Source: a virus
Taxonomy: Duplodnaviria; Heunggongvirae; Uroviricota; Caudoviricetes
Reading direction: 5' to 3' (one strand)
Length of the DNA stretch: 37,571 nt
IMG/VR virus record: IMGVR_UViG_3300028805_000083
Coordinates: 1 to 37,571 of that record
Shown: in pieces, positions 15,896 to 24,949 of the stretch
Layout: each line of letters begins with the position of its first letter
Position numbering within the stretch: the stretch's first letter is position 1
Program-made: the position numbers and the translations under genes
The notes under the pieces: generated by a model
What the model was told of the DNA's origin: nothing
The model's database searches: none
The model's input: the letters and a program-made list of their open reading frames with translations, nothing else

Positions 15896-16348
15896 TTATA
15901 TTTCTTTTAGTTTCTCATGTAATGTTTTAAAAAAACGATACATTTTTTTGAGTTTTGTTATATACATGGTTTTAGTTAGTTTTAATGTGTCTAGATTTGT
16001 AATTTGAATGAAATAGTGTTTTTCTTCTTTCATTAGTATTGTTCTAACAGAATCTAGCAATATTTTTTTATCGCTAGCTATTATGCTAGTGTTATTGAAT
16101 AGGATTGCGAACATATTTGGTTTTTCGCTTTCATACAGAAGCTCCACCCCTAGTAATTCTCTGTGCATGAGGTGTTCTTTATCATTTACAGAGCCTTTTA
16201 CTAGTCTAGCAATGTTACCACTTACAGAGAATAGCAATATATCTTTTGTCTTGCTAATCTTAATGTCTTCTGAATAGCTTTTTACTATAAGGCTTTCAAT
16301 CGACAATAGGTATAGTGGTTTCGTATTGTCCTTATTAATCCATATCAT
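15896..16348 (-). CDS. hypothetical protein, 150 aa
   Basis: Tightly packed ORF. Confidence 0.8.
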   Translation of the reverse strand: MIWINKDNTKPLYLLSIESLIVKSYSEDIKISKTKDILLFSVSGNIARLVKGSVNDKEHLMHRELLGVELLYESEKPNMFAILFNNTSIIASDKKILLDSVRTILMKEEKHYFIQITNLDTLKLTKTMYITKLKKMYRFFKTLHEKLKEI

Positions 16349-16596
16349 AGTTTTTTGATTCTTTCTATGAGGTGTTTATATTGAGTTTCAGATTCTTTAA
16401 TTGTTTGTTTAAGTCTTTCTATTTCGCTTTTAGCCCAATTATATTGGTAATCTCTATTGTAGAATAAATTTGCATCTGAATCTAGATTTGTGAGGTGTTG
16501 TTCTACTTTTTTCATTGCGGCATCAATAACGCCTCTTTGCTTTTTAACTGCTTCTCTATAATATATGCACAGTTCTTCTTTAGATGTAGCATACAC
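16345..16596 (-). CDS. coiled-coil hypothetical protein, 83 aa (GTG start, possibly a fragment)
   Basis: ATGA overlap downstream; 85-bp overlap with the upstream ORF. Confidence 0.6.
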   Translation of the reverse strand: MYATSKEELCIYYREAVKKQRGVIDAAMKKVEQHLTNLDSDANLFYNRDYQYNWAKSEIERLKQTIKESETQYKHLIERIKKL

Positions 16597-16706
16597 ATTT
16601 TCTTGAATAGGAAATAGGCATTGATGCCATATTTTTTTTTAACTCTATATGCTAAGTTAATGGTATCTAGGTATTCTCCGTGAGTTATATAGTTTTCTAG
16701 CCTCAT
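16512..16706 (-). CDS. truncated paralogue of 16709-17092
   Basis: KKKYGINAYFLFKKMCM vs KTRFGQDDYYLFKKMVM. Confidence 0.65.
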   Translation of the reverse strand: MRLENYITHGEYLDTINLAYRVKKKYGINAYFLFKKMCMLHLKKNCAYIIEKQLKSKEALLMPQ

Positions 16707-16708
16707 AG

Positions 16709-17092
16709 TTAATATCCTTGTTTTAACGGAAATGGTTTTTGTAGTTCAAGCATTTCTAGTCTTTTACTAGCCATTTCGTCTCTTATTTCTTCAAGCGTTG
16801 ATTCAAGTATATGTTTTTTATTAACCCCAAAGAAAGAGTCTGTCATTTTTCTATTTTTGAAATTGAATGTATTAATGGGAGACATATGTAGGCATAGAAC
16901 CAAGTTAAATGCTGTATCAATAAATCCTTGATAATTTAAATATCCATCAAGGCCATGTATGAATCCAACTACCATTACCATTTTCTTAAAAAGGTAGTAG
17001 TCATCTTGACCAAATCTAGTTTTTGTTATTTTGAGAATCGACATTGTTCTTCTCCATTCTAATGGGCTTAATACATCTTTTAGTGCAATCAT
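16709..17092 (-). CDS. hypothetical protein, 127 aa
   Basis: ORF, ATGA overlap. Confidence 0.8.
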   Translation of the reverse strand: MIALKDVLSPLEWRRTMSILKITKTRFGQDDYYLFKKMVMVVGFIHGLDGYLNYQGFIDTAFNLVLCLHMSPINTFNFKNRKMTDSFFGVNKKHILESTLEEIRDEMASKRLEMLELQKPFPLKQGY

Positions 17093-17661
17093 GCCATTTC
17101 AGCTATTTCCTCGTCTGTGAGGACTTTTTTATATTGTTTATTGTCTTCTGTAATATTTTCTCCAAAGTTGGAGAAATGTGACTTAAAGAGGGTGCATAGT
17201 TTTCTCTTTGCGATTGTTTCTTTGCAAGCGACACGTTTATTATCGTAGATGATAGTTTCCTCTTGGCTGCAAAGGTTATCTGGTTCTGATTTCAGTTTAT
17301 AGTGTGTTTGTACTATTACGAATCCTTTCAATTTAAAGAAATGGTTTCTAAGGTCATTGAAAGCATTGCGAATGGTTTGTTGTGATAGTAGGTCAATATC
17401 TATCCACATTTCCGCTTCTGGCGTTTCCTTCAATGGCATTTCCATTGAGTGTTCATTTGTTTTCACCATCAGTTGTTTGATATGTTTCACGTGTGCTTCG
17501 ATGAATGACAGTCCAATGCGTCTAAAACCTGTGATATACATATCTCTTTTGATACGAATTGGTGAGACTTCAATACCAGTTATAAACTGTTCTGTAAGTT
17601 GGTTAAGGTATTTGAAGAAGTCAAGTATACCAATATCGTTACTATCTGTTATTGAGTTCAT
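17089..17661 (-). CDS. hypothetical protein, 190 aa
   Basis: ORF track. Confidence 0.8.
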   Translation of the reverse strand: MNSITDSNDIGILDFFKYLNQLTEQFITGIEVSPIRIKRDMYITGFRRIGLSFIEAHVKHIKQLMVKTNEHSMEMPLKETPEAEMWIDIDLLSQQTIRNAFNDLRNHFFKLKGFVIVQTHYKLKSEPDNLCSQEETIIYDNKRVACKETIAKRKLCTLFKSHFSNFGENITEDNKQYKKVLTDEEIAEMA

Positions 17662-18229
17662 GTTTTATCTTATTTAAATTATACTTTTTACAATATTCTC
17701 TAAGTTCGCAACTTAATTTGAAGTATAATCCCAATGACATTTTATATACGAAATCATCTGGTACTGCTTTTTCCTTATCTTTCATTGGGAATCCACCTCT
17801 ACCTGTTCCCATGAATTTGCGATATGTTCTTGGTATTCTTGCATCTAAATATGATTCTTCTGTAATAAACCCAACATAGGTACTGCTTTCAAACTGTATT
17901 ACTATTGGAACGTATTTTTCCGTATTTTTTTTGATTATACTCATGTTTTTTTTTTTCATTAGGTTATATTTAAGACCTCTTTTCATTATTTTATCGTTCA
18001 GTTCGAAATATGATGATATGCCTAGTTTATATATGAAGTCACCCCCTTCATAAGTATTATATTCATATTCTTCACATTTTCCAAAACCTTCTAGAAAGTC
18101 GTAATACCTAAGTGGTTTTTTAGCTGATTCGTGTGCGAATCCTAGATAAAGGTTATATCCATTTATTATAACTCTAGGCACTAGGTCTTTTTTAATTCCT
18201 GAAATGTGTGGATTACTCATAATTCCCAA
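17642..18229 (-). CDS. hypothetical protein, 195 aa
   Basis: ORF track. Confidence 0.8.
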   Translation of the reverse strand: MGIMSNPHISGIKKDLVPRVIINGYNLYLGFAHESAKKPLRYYDFLEGFGKCEEYEYNTYEGGDFIYKLGISSYFELNDKIMKRGLKYNLMKKKNMSIIKKNTEKYVPIVIQFESSTYVGFITEESYLDARIPRTYRKFMGTGRGGFPMKDKEKAVPDDFVYKMSLGLYFKLSCELREYCKKYNLNKIKHELNNR

Positions 18230-18444
18230 TCATAATCAGTTGTTAATATTTCCTTGAGTGCTTTTCTAATTTTATTTTTAGTTAGTCCTTCTGGGAAATT
18301 ACCATACAAGTATTTTATAATGATAAATTTATCTAGGTCAAAGTCATAGAAGCCTCTTAATACGTTATGTTTGCTATATGAGAGTTTACAGAATATTCTA
18401 GTACCACTCTCATTGCTTCCGATGGTACTGAACTTAAACTTCAT
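18217..18444 (-). CDS. hypothetical protein, 75 aa
   Basis: ORF track. Confidence 0.7.
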   Translation of the reverse strand: MKFKFSTIGSNESGTRIFCKLSYSKHNVLRGFYDFDLDKFIIIKYLYGNFPEGLTKNKIRKALKEILTTDYDWEL

Positions 18445-18787
18445 ATTTCAACAGTGTTTTATCCAATGCGTCTGCGTAGAATTTAATCCAAGCCGCTAGC
18501 TGTGTTTTACCATTATCTACTGTTGTAGCTGTGAGGTCTTGTAATATGCTGTCAATTCCACATATGTTTCGTTCAATCTTCTCTAATAGCATTTTAAGTT
18601 CCAAATCGTTCTCTTCACATGAGGCAATAAGGTCTTTTACCATCACAGTATTTAAGTTTGTGGTGACACTCCTTATTGATGCTATGTTATGCGATATATT
18701 ACCACTTGTTAGTTTGCTTACCCTATCTACAAGGCTCTCAAGAATTTGCTGAGTTGTCCTTGCCTTTTCCAACTTACACTTTTCCAT
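18434..18787 (-). CDS. hypothetical protein, 117 aa
   Basis: First gene after promoter 18791-18823. Confidence 0.8.
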   Translation of the reverse strand: MEKCKLEKARTTQQILESLVDRVSKLTSGNISHNIASIRSVTTNLNTVMVKDLIASCEENDLELKMLLEKIERNICGIDSILQDLTATTVDNGKTQLAAWIKFYADALDKTLLKYEV

Positions 18788-18790
18788 AAT

Positions 18791-18823
18791 GCAAATATAT
18801 CAAAAAAAATGCTCAAAAGCAAA
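18791..18823 (-). promoter_or_regulatory. Bacteroidetes sigma promoter
   Basis: -7 TATATTTG, -33 TTTG; overlaps the terminator hairpin AAAATGCTCAA/TTGAGCATTTT. Confidence 0.75.
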
Positions 18824-18879
18824 AAGCCTTGAGCATTTTATTCATATTTAACAAACGTTAACGATTGTTTTCCTCATCG

Positions 18880-19194
18880 TCATTCCTCTGTGAGCATTTC
18901 TTCAAGTTCGTCCTCAGTCAGTTCTAGTTCTTCCTCCACTTCCTTCTTCTTCGGCTTCTTGGATGTCTTTTCAGCCTCTTTCATAGCCTTGACGATGGTT
19001 TCCTTAATCACCTTTGCCTCTTCCTCATTGGCAATGTGGCAATCTTTCTTATGTACACAGAAACGTTTTTCCCCATCAAAAACTAGATGGTCTCCACAGT
19101 CGTATTCATGTTCATACACACCAATGAAATGTTCGCCATTCAATTTCTTACCACTTACCAAGTCACCATTTGCGAAACGATTAGTCTTTGCCAT
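18880..19194 (-). CDS. hypothetical protein with an acidic tail, 104 aa
   Basis: ORF between a promoter and a terminator. Confidence 0.8.
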   Translation of the reverse strand: MAKTNRFANGDLVSGKKLNGEHFIGVYEHEYDCGDHLVFDGEKRFCVHKKDCHIANEEEAKVIKETIVKAMKEAEKTSKKPKKKEVEEELELTEDELEEMLTEE

Positions 19195-19306
19195 ATATTT
19201 CTATTATTTATCAGTTTGCTATATTTTTACTATATATTATAATACCACCTACTATAATAATGGTTAAAACAATTAGTATCATGCTGTTTTTACACTTTTA
19301 TTTTTT

Positions 19307-19339
19307 GCAAAGATATGAAAAAAAACTAAGATAACCAAA
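19307..19339 (-). promoter_or_regulatory. Bacteroidetes sigma promoter
   Basis: -7 TATCTTTG, -33 TTTG. Confidence 0.8.
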
Positions 19340-19340
19340 C

Positions 19341-19348
19341 TATTTATA
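19341..19348 (+). promoter_or_regulatory. candidate phage late-type promoter motif TATTTATA
   Basis: 26 nt upstream of the 19375 ATG; the same octamer lies upstream of the GIY-YIG gene (30679-30686, minus strand). Confidence 0.4.
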
Positions 19349-19374
19349 GATAATTAGCATTTAAAATTATTGAA

Positions 19375-20490
19375 ATGAAAAAGATATATTTAAAAGAAGA
19401 GCAATATAATCAAGCAGGAACTGATTTCCCTTATTATTATGACCCCAAAACAGATGAGTGTTATGAGGGTGCTTGGAATACCATGTATGCCTATCCATTT
19501 GGTTACTGGCCAATTGATTACAATGGCACTGAAATGTTTTGTGTTGGTGATGCTTACGACATGCACTCAAATGCTTGTGGTAAGGCTGCTGAAAAGTATT
19601 TCATGGACTGTATGACGGAACAAGTGGAAGAGAGCGCATATAACCTTGAAACTAACTTATCCACATTTGTTGATGAGTTAAAAGATGGGGGTTATACGTA
19701 TAATGAGGAAACTGATTTCTATGTATCTGCTGATGGTAGTGATGAGTTTGACCTTGATGATAAGATAGATGAGATTAGTGAGGGCGTATATAGCATTGAT
19801 TATGGCTATATAAAGGAATGTGTTGAATCAGCTATAGAGAATCTTACTTACCCAAGTCAAGAAGAAATCACTGAGTATGCATTAGAAAAATATGCAAACG
19901 AATACGATTTTACCACAAAAGAGGGTATTGATATTGCAATGCAAGAGATTGGTATGAATTTCGACTCTTTTTTTGAACAAGGAAGGAATGAAGGTAGGAT
20001 TTGGCCAAAAGACAATCTTATCTCATTCTATGAAACGGAACAGCCAGACCCAGATACACTGATGGATATTCTCCAAGATTTAAGTAGATGTAATGAAATT
20101 GGTCTTAGTTATGAAGAAATGCTTAACTTCATGATGGTATTTGAGGATTGGAGAAATGATGGTGAAGTAACTGCTTGTACTGTATCTGACTATATTGATG
20201 GAAACTACGGACCAGAATCATATGAGGATGATGAAGAAGATGATGAGATACAATATGCAAGAGACGGTAAGACGCAGTTTGTTCCTCACTTGGCTAGTCC
20301 TGAAGAGAAAAGAGAGTTCTTTAAAGATTTTAGAAATACAAGAGACCAAGCTGTATTCGTTCCACGTGAAAAGGGGGCTGGTTCTCTAGCACGTTATCAT
20401 GCATTACGTTATCCTTATGGAGAAAGTAAAAATAAATTAGGTAAGATAATTAGGGAAGAAATAGAAAAATTAATGGAGAGACAGAAATAG
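19375..20490 (+). CDS. highly acidic hypothetical protein, 371 aa
   Basis: Lone long plus-strand ORF; MKKIYLKEEQ N-terminus and KIIREEIEKL C-terminus; GGAGAG/CTCTCC terminator. Confidence 0.9.
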   Translation: MKKIYLKEEQYNQAGTDFPYYYDPKTDECYEGAWNTMYAYPFGYWPIDYNGTEMFCVGDAYDMHSNACGKAAEKYFMDCMTEQVEESAYNLETNLSTFVDELKDGGYTYNEETDFYVSADGSDEFDLDDKIDEISEGVYSIDYGYIKECVESAIENLTYPSQEEITEYALEKYANEYDFTTKEGIDIAMQEIGMNFDSFFEQGRNEGRIWPKDNLISFYETEQPDPDTLMDILQDLSRCNEIGLSYEEMLNFMMVFEDWRNDGEVTACTVSDYIDGNYGPESYEDDEEDDEIQYARDGKTQFVPHLASPEEKREFFKDFRNTRDQAVFVPREKGAGSLARYHALRYPYGESKNKLGKIIREEIEKLMERQK

Positions 20491-20531
20491 CCTCTCCATT
20501 TTTATTTTAATACAAGCTCATCAAGGATATT

Positions 20532-20834
20532 TTAATATGTTCGATATGAAGAAGACATTTCAAAATAATCAACCATTGTTGGTTTTGTAATGTAAGAATG
20601 TTTTGAAATTCCTATACAATTTGATGGGTTTTTACCTAGGTTAATTACAAAGGCATTCACCAAATTGTTTTCAACTAGATAAGTTTTTTTAGTTAACAAT
20701 ATCAACATATAATTTCTTAAAGTAGATGTTGCTTCTGGATATACTAGTTTTATAAAAACTTTTTTTTTACCTTCCTTTAATAATGGGTCTTGTAATATCT
20801 TTTTTATCGTTTCCTTTGCCATATTTTCTTTCAT
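20532..20834 (-). CDS. hypothetical protein, start uncertain
   Basis: ORF track; 5' part overlaps 20767-20925. Confidence 0.35.
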   Translation of the reverse strand: MKENMAKETIKKILQDPLLKEGKKKVFIKLVYPEATSTLRNYMLILLTKKTYLVENNLVNAFVINLGKNPSNCIGISKHSYITKPTMVDYFEMSSSYRTY

Positions 20835-20925
20835 ACCATTTGAAAGTTTTAGTCATTAAATCAAAGGTGTATATAACTACTCCAGCCACTGTAATGGCAG
20901 TATCAATTTTTTTTAGTATTCCCAT
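20767..20925 (-). CDS. small protein, 52 aa
   Basis: Manual translation MGILKKIDTAITVAGVVIYTFDLMTKTFKWYERKYGKG... Confidence 0.55.
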   Translation of the reverse strand: MGILKKIDTAITVAGVVIYTFDLMTKTFKWYERKYGKGNDKKDITRPIIKGR

Positions 20926-21037
20926 AATTATAATTCTTTTATCTTAAAATGTTCATCAAATCTTTTTTGGTGAATATAAATTTGTAGTTATCGTCTATAA
21001 TAATTTCATAATTGTTTCTGTGGCAGGTTTATAACTT

Positions 21038-21175
21038 TCAACTTCTTGACGTATTTTCTGTACCTTTTGTTGTCATTCGATTATGGGCAAGATTGCCTAT
21101 TGTAATCTTCTCCATATCATCCGCAATTATATCAAACCATCTAATTGCCTTATCTAATAACTCTTCTCTTGTCAT
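21038..21175 (-). pseudogene. chimeric 45-aa remnant
   Basis: MTREELLDKAIRWFDIIADDMEKITIGNLAHN then a junction into an out-of-frame KVQKIRQEVE segment resembling the N-terminus of 21178-21597. Confidence 0.5.
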
Positions 21176-21177
21176 AA

Positions 21178-21597
21178 CTATTCGTGTTTAATAAGTATGA
21201 TTTTCACTTTATCACCAAACTTAATGTCAGCAATTTTCTCTTTATCTTTGACAGAGATTAGTGGAGTAAACATTCCGTCTGAAAAGAGTTCAGAATCTAT
21301 GGCTTTGTTTAGCATTTGTTGCTCTTTCCACTGAGCACCTTCCTTTATCAATTGCCTGCATAACTGATGGAAACCGCTACGAAGTGCTATTGGAACTTTC
21401 AGTACTCTTTTTCTTGCAAATTCTTCCAAATCCTCGCTTACAGACTCTTCTTGCAAGGAGTCTATATAGTAATCAAGATTGGATAATATATGAAATGCTC
21501 CTTCTTCACTTGGATTTTCAAAGTTACCATTGGCATCCATAAGGCCATCTTGTGTTTTATTAATCCATTCCCTAATTTTCTGTACTTTGTCTGTCAT
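21178..21597 (-). CDS. hypothetical protein, 139 aa
   Basis: ORF; AGAAAGGAG upstream. Confidence 0.8.
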   Translation of the reverse strand: MTDKVQKIREWINKTQDGLMDANGNFENPSEEGAFHILSNLDYYIDSLQEESVSEDLEEFARKRVLKVPIALRSGFHQLCRQLIKEGAQWKEQQMLNKAIDSELFSDGMFTPLISVKDKEKIADIKFGDKVKIILIKHE

Positions 21598-21749
21598 ACC
21601 TCTTCTCCTTTCTGTGCTTTATTCCTTTTTAATTTATCATTATTTACGCAAGCGTACTTGTTACCACAAATATATGTATTACCAAAAAAATGTATGTATT
21701 CGCATTTGTAACATTTTTGATTAATACTGTTCTTTTGTCCTAAGTCCAT
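21594..21749 (-). CDS. small Cys-containing protein, 51 aa
   Basis: MDLGQKNSINQKCYKCEYIH...KAQKGEEV; ATGA overlap. Confidence 0.6.
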   Translation of the reverse strand: MDLGQKNSINQKCYKCEYIHFFGNTYICGNKYACVNNDKLKRNKAQKGEEV

Positions 21750-21752
21750 TAC

Positions 21753-21997
21753 TTATTCTCCTTTCTGTGCTTTAAATCTTTCTGGATAGCCAATTTTTTC
21801 AAGCATCGACCATTCTTCTTTATCCAACCGCATATCTTCAATATGCTCTTTTACTGCTATAAGATGTCTTGCTATTTCTCCAAGTTTCTCTAAGTCAGCC
21901 TCTTTCACTTCAATGGTGTCAATACTTTTAAGCGCATTATCATATGTCGAATTAAACTGGGAATAGCCATATACTTCTGTTGATTCAGTTCTCGTTA
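21753..21997 (-). pseudogene. 5'-truncated gene remnant
   Basis: Open frame ...YDNALKSIDTIEVKEADLEKL...FKAQKGE* with no ATG at its 5' end (TGA upstream; the only in-frame Met codons lie in the last third). Confidence 0.5.
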
Positions 21998-22023
21998 GTC
22001 ACCAAGAAATTCCCTATTATTTT

Positions 22024-22257
22024 CTATCCTCCCATATACTTTTTGAAACCTTCAAGCACAAACGCTCTGTCATAACCACCACTATTATCTTTAATGTGTG
22101 GGGCAAAGTATTCGCAAGCCTTCTCAATAAAGACATCAGTACGGACATATTCAATATCATCATCACTACTTTTGTAGTCAAACCATCTTTCATCAACATC
22201 ATTAGTTTTATAATCTTTTGAAAGATAAATCTTATCAGGTGCTTCGTTTGCTTTCAT
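22024..22257 (-). CDS. hypothetical protein, 77 aa
   Basis: MKANEAPDKIYL...DDDIEYVRTDVFIEKACEY; GGAGG upstream. Confidence 0.8.
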   Translation of the reverse strand: MKANEAPDKIYLSKDYKTNDVDERWFDYKSSDDDIEYVRTDVFIEKACEYFAPHIKDNSGGYDRAFVLEGFKKYMGG

Positions 22258-22260
22258 AAC

Positions 22261-24156
22261 TCACTCCTCCCTTAGTTTCTTTAAATCATTATATAAAGAA
22301 CTTAAAACCCGAACTTCTGTTGGAAAAGTAACTTCGTTGTATGCTTCGATACACTTTTTAAGAAATTCCATTTGCTCATCACTCGGTTTCCAAGTGTATC
22401 TGTCTTTGAGGGATTTTCTCAGCCAATCCACAAGTGAACAATCTCCGCCAAAGAATTTCATAACAGCATACTCTGTTCGCCTAAGATTTGTTTCATCCTC
22501 TTCACTCCAAGCATGTGGTTGCTCAATCTTCTTTAACTCTTTCTTCTCAAAGTCAAAGGTATATCCTGCATCAGTCATTGCCTTTTCAAGCGCATCATGC
22601 TGCTCTTTAGTAGCAGGACATATCTTATTTCTTGTAGTTACTGACACATTATCCACTTCTTTACTATGGAAATTATTTGTTTGCCCGTTATACCAACAAT
22701 ATAAAGAAATACGGTTTTGTACTGAGTATGATTTGAATAGTAAAATTTCTTCATTACAAACAAGTATATCACCATCCTTTGCATCTTTATTAATGTCCCA
22801 CAAACGATAATCGTTGTCTACAAGTTCTGTGCAAAGTGCCCCGATGGTATCCCCACCGAAATCAAGTCTATAATTATCTTTTAATACCTCAAGAACCCTT
22901 ACTACATTACCGTATTCAATGTTTACAAGCCAATCACCTTCATGAAACTTTGGCTCAACCTTATCAGCAGGCTTCTGCTCAACAATATCATTTTGGAATA
23001 CAGAATTACCGTCCTTATCCTCATACATTGGGTTATCTGTTCCGTCTTCAACAATATTGGCAATGGTAAAACTTACCAATCTTCCAAATGAGTTATAGTA
23101 AATAGTGTCGCCAACTTTATGTTTAGGAGTGTGCTTCTGCTCAATTTTCTTTAACTCTTTCTTTTCAAAGTCAAAGGTATATCCTGCATCAGCCATTGCT
23201 TTCATTAAAGCATCACGCTGCTCTTTGGTGGCAGGATGAGTATCAATTTGTTCATGACGACCTCCAATGCTAAAACCTCGAAGTTCACCATCACATTCAA
23301 GATAGATATAAGAATGCCAACATATACCTTCACATCTTGAAAAAATACCTATGTTATTATATTTATCAGCAAGCACATCACCATTCTTTGCATCTTGGAT
23401 AGTCCAAAGATGAATTTTATCATCATTTAAAAATTTACTTGAAGTAAAATCTTTTCCATTAATATCAAGCCCAACATAATATTGTTCTTGTACATCAAGT
23501 ATTTGCGCAACAGTATTGCCTCTTACAACCCAGTCTCTTTCATGAAACTTTGGCTCAACCTTATCAGCAGGCTCTTGTTTCTCTACTAACTTAACAGGAC
23601 ATTCTTCAATACAACCTGCCCTATCACAAGTCTCACAAATGTCATGATGATTAGCATTATCAACTTTTTCTTCTTTGATTGCTTCAAGTGCTGATTTACC
23701 TTGTTCTCCTTGCTTTTCAAGACAACAGTCATATTCTACTTCTTTGAAGAAACTATTATGTTCTTCTTTACTATATTTAGGACAATAATATGTACATGCT
23801 TGATTTATTAAAGAGTAATCTTCGGGAGAATAGTATTTTACACCTTTTATCCATTCTACACCTGCATATTTGTGTGTTTTTGTACACAAATAATTTTTAC
23901 CTTTCTTAATTTTTATAGATTTACCTTGCTTTTCAAGCCAAGCAAGAATATCTTTCTTAGGTATTAAACAATAGGTAGTGTTATCGTCTTGTAACTCGAA
24001 GAATGTGATAATTGCTTTCCTTATCTTCTCATCCTCATTCTCTTCTTTGAGTTCTGGGAAGATATAGTTTAACTCTTTTTCGCTAAACATTCGTTTTGCT
24101 TTTGCAATAGCCTCGTCATATCTTTGAGCTTTTTGTTCTATCGTCAGTTCTTTCAT
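22261..24156 (-). CDS. modular mosaic protein with internal duplications, 631 aa
   Basis: PADKVEPKFH, DAK(N/D)GD(V/I)L and PATKEQ.DAL.KAM.DAGYTFDFEKKELKKIEQ each occur twice. Confidence 0.9.
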   Translation of the reverse strand: MKELTIEQKAQRYDEAIAKAKRMFSEKELNYIFPELKEENEDEKIRKAIITFFELQDDNTTYCLIPKKDILAWLEKQGKSIKIKKGKNYLCTKTHKYAGVEWIKGVKYYSPEDYSLINQACTYYCPKYSKEEHNSFFKEVEYDCCLEKQGEQGKSALEAIKEEKVDNANHHDICETCDRAGCIEECPVKLVEKQEPADKVEPKFHERDWVVRGNTVAQILDVQEQYYVGLDINGKDFTSSKFLNDDKIHLWTIQDAKNGDVLADKYNNIGIFSRCEGICWHSYIYLECDGELRGFSIGGRHEQIDTHPATKEQRDALMKAMADAGYTFDFEKKELKKIEQKHTPKHKVGDTIYYNSFGRLVSFTIANIVEDGTDNPMYEDKDGNSVFQNDIVEQKPADKVEPKFHEGDWLVNIEYGNVVRVLEVLKDNYRLDFGGDTIGALCTELVDNDYRLWDINKDAKDGDILVCNEEILLFKSYSVQNRISLYCWYNGQTNNFHSKEVDNVSVTTRNKICPATKEQHDALEKAMTDAGYTFDFEKKELKKIEQPHAWSEEDETNLRRTEYAVMKFFGGDCSLVDWLRKSLKDRYTWKPSDEQMEFLKKCIEAYNEVTFPTEVRVLSSLYNDLKKLREE

Positions 24157-24158
24157 AA

Positions 24159-24563
24159 TTATTTCTTCTTTATATTATATATCCCTTCTGATGCTTCAAG
24201 AGCAAGACCTTTTGGAATTAGATATCGATAATCAAAGTGATGAGCATTGAGCCAATCAAATACAGCTTGTAATTCAAGAAATGAAAATGAATTTATTGAA
24301 GAATCTACAATTAGTATGAAGCCTTCACGAATTTCAACACCTTTTCCTAATATTTCTTGTACTTCACATAGTTCTTCCTCCGTCATGCTTGACATCGGTC
24401 GAAGATATGGTTTAATCTTAAATTGATAGAAATTCATGATATGTATATCTGATAATTCTTCATCAAACTCATGACGACCATCAGTATTGCATTTCACCAT
24501 TGTTCTATACGGTAATCTTGCATATAAATCTTTTAAAAGCAGTTCTTTATTTTCTTTTTTCAT
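24159..24563 (-). CDS. hypothetical protein, 134 aa
   Basis: LLLKDLYARLPY...IKPYLRPMSSMTEEE...DWLNAHHFDYR. Confidence 0.85.
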   Translation of the reverse strand: MKKENKELLLKDLYARLPYRTMVKCNTDGRHEFDEELSDIHIMNFYQFKIKPYLRPMSSMTEEELCEVQEILGKGVEIREGFILIVDSSINSFSFLELQAVFDWLNAHHFDYRYLIPKGLALEASEGIYNIKKK

Positions 24564-24585
24564 AATAAGATAATCTTTTTCATAA

Positions 24586-24711
24586 CTAATCTTCTATTTT
24601 GATATTTTTAATTTCTAACCACTCTTCAAAAGTTGTTGTATTAATAGCACCGTATTGCTCAAACAAAGCAACTTCTGTGTGATATTGATTTGTTGCGTCT
24701 TGTCTTTTCAT
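24586..24711 (-). CDS. small protein, 41 aa
   Basis: Manual translation MKRQDATNQYHTEVALFEQYGAINTTTFEEWLEIKNIKIED. Confidence 0.5.
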   Translation of the reverse strand: MKRQDATNQYHTEVALFEQYGAINTTTFEEWLEIKNIKIED

Positions 24712-24721
24712 ACTCTACTAT

Positions 24722-24820
24722 TTATTTGTTACTTTTAAAAGACTTACTAATGTTTCGTTTTGCTCTTGCAATAGCCTCGTCATATCTTTGAGCTTTTTGT
24801 TCTATCGTCAGTTCTTTCAT
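24722..24820 (-). pseudogene. truncated duplicate of the 5' end of the 631-aa gene
   Basis: About 70 bp at 24755-24824 nearly identical to 24091-24160; MKELTIEQKAQRYDEAIA then diverges and stops. Confidence 0.8.
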
Positions 24821-24949
24821 AATTTCTTCTTTTTTATTATTGTTAATGCAATCATACTTATTATTACAAACATGCCACTTCCACAAAAACCTATATATTT
24901 GCAATCATAGCAATCTTTATTGATAGTATTTTTTGTCCGTAGTCTATAA

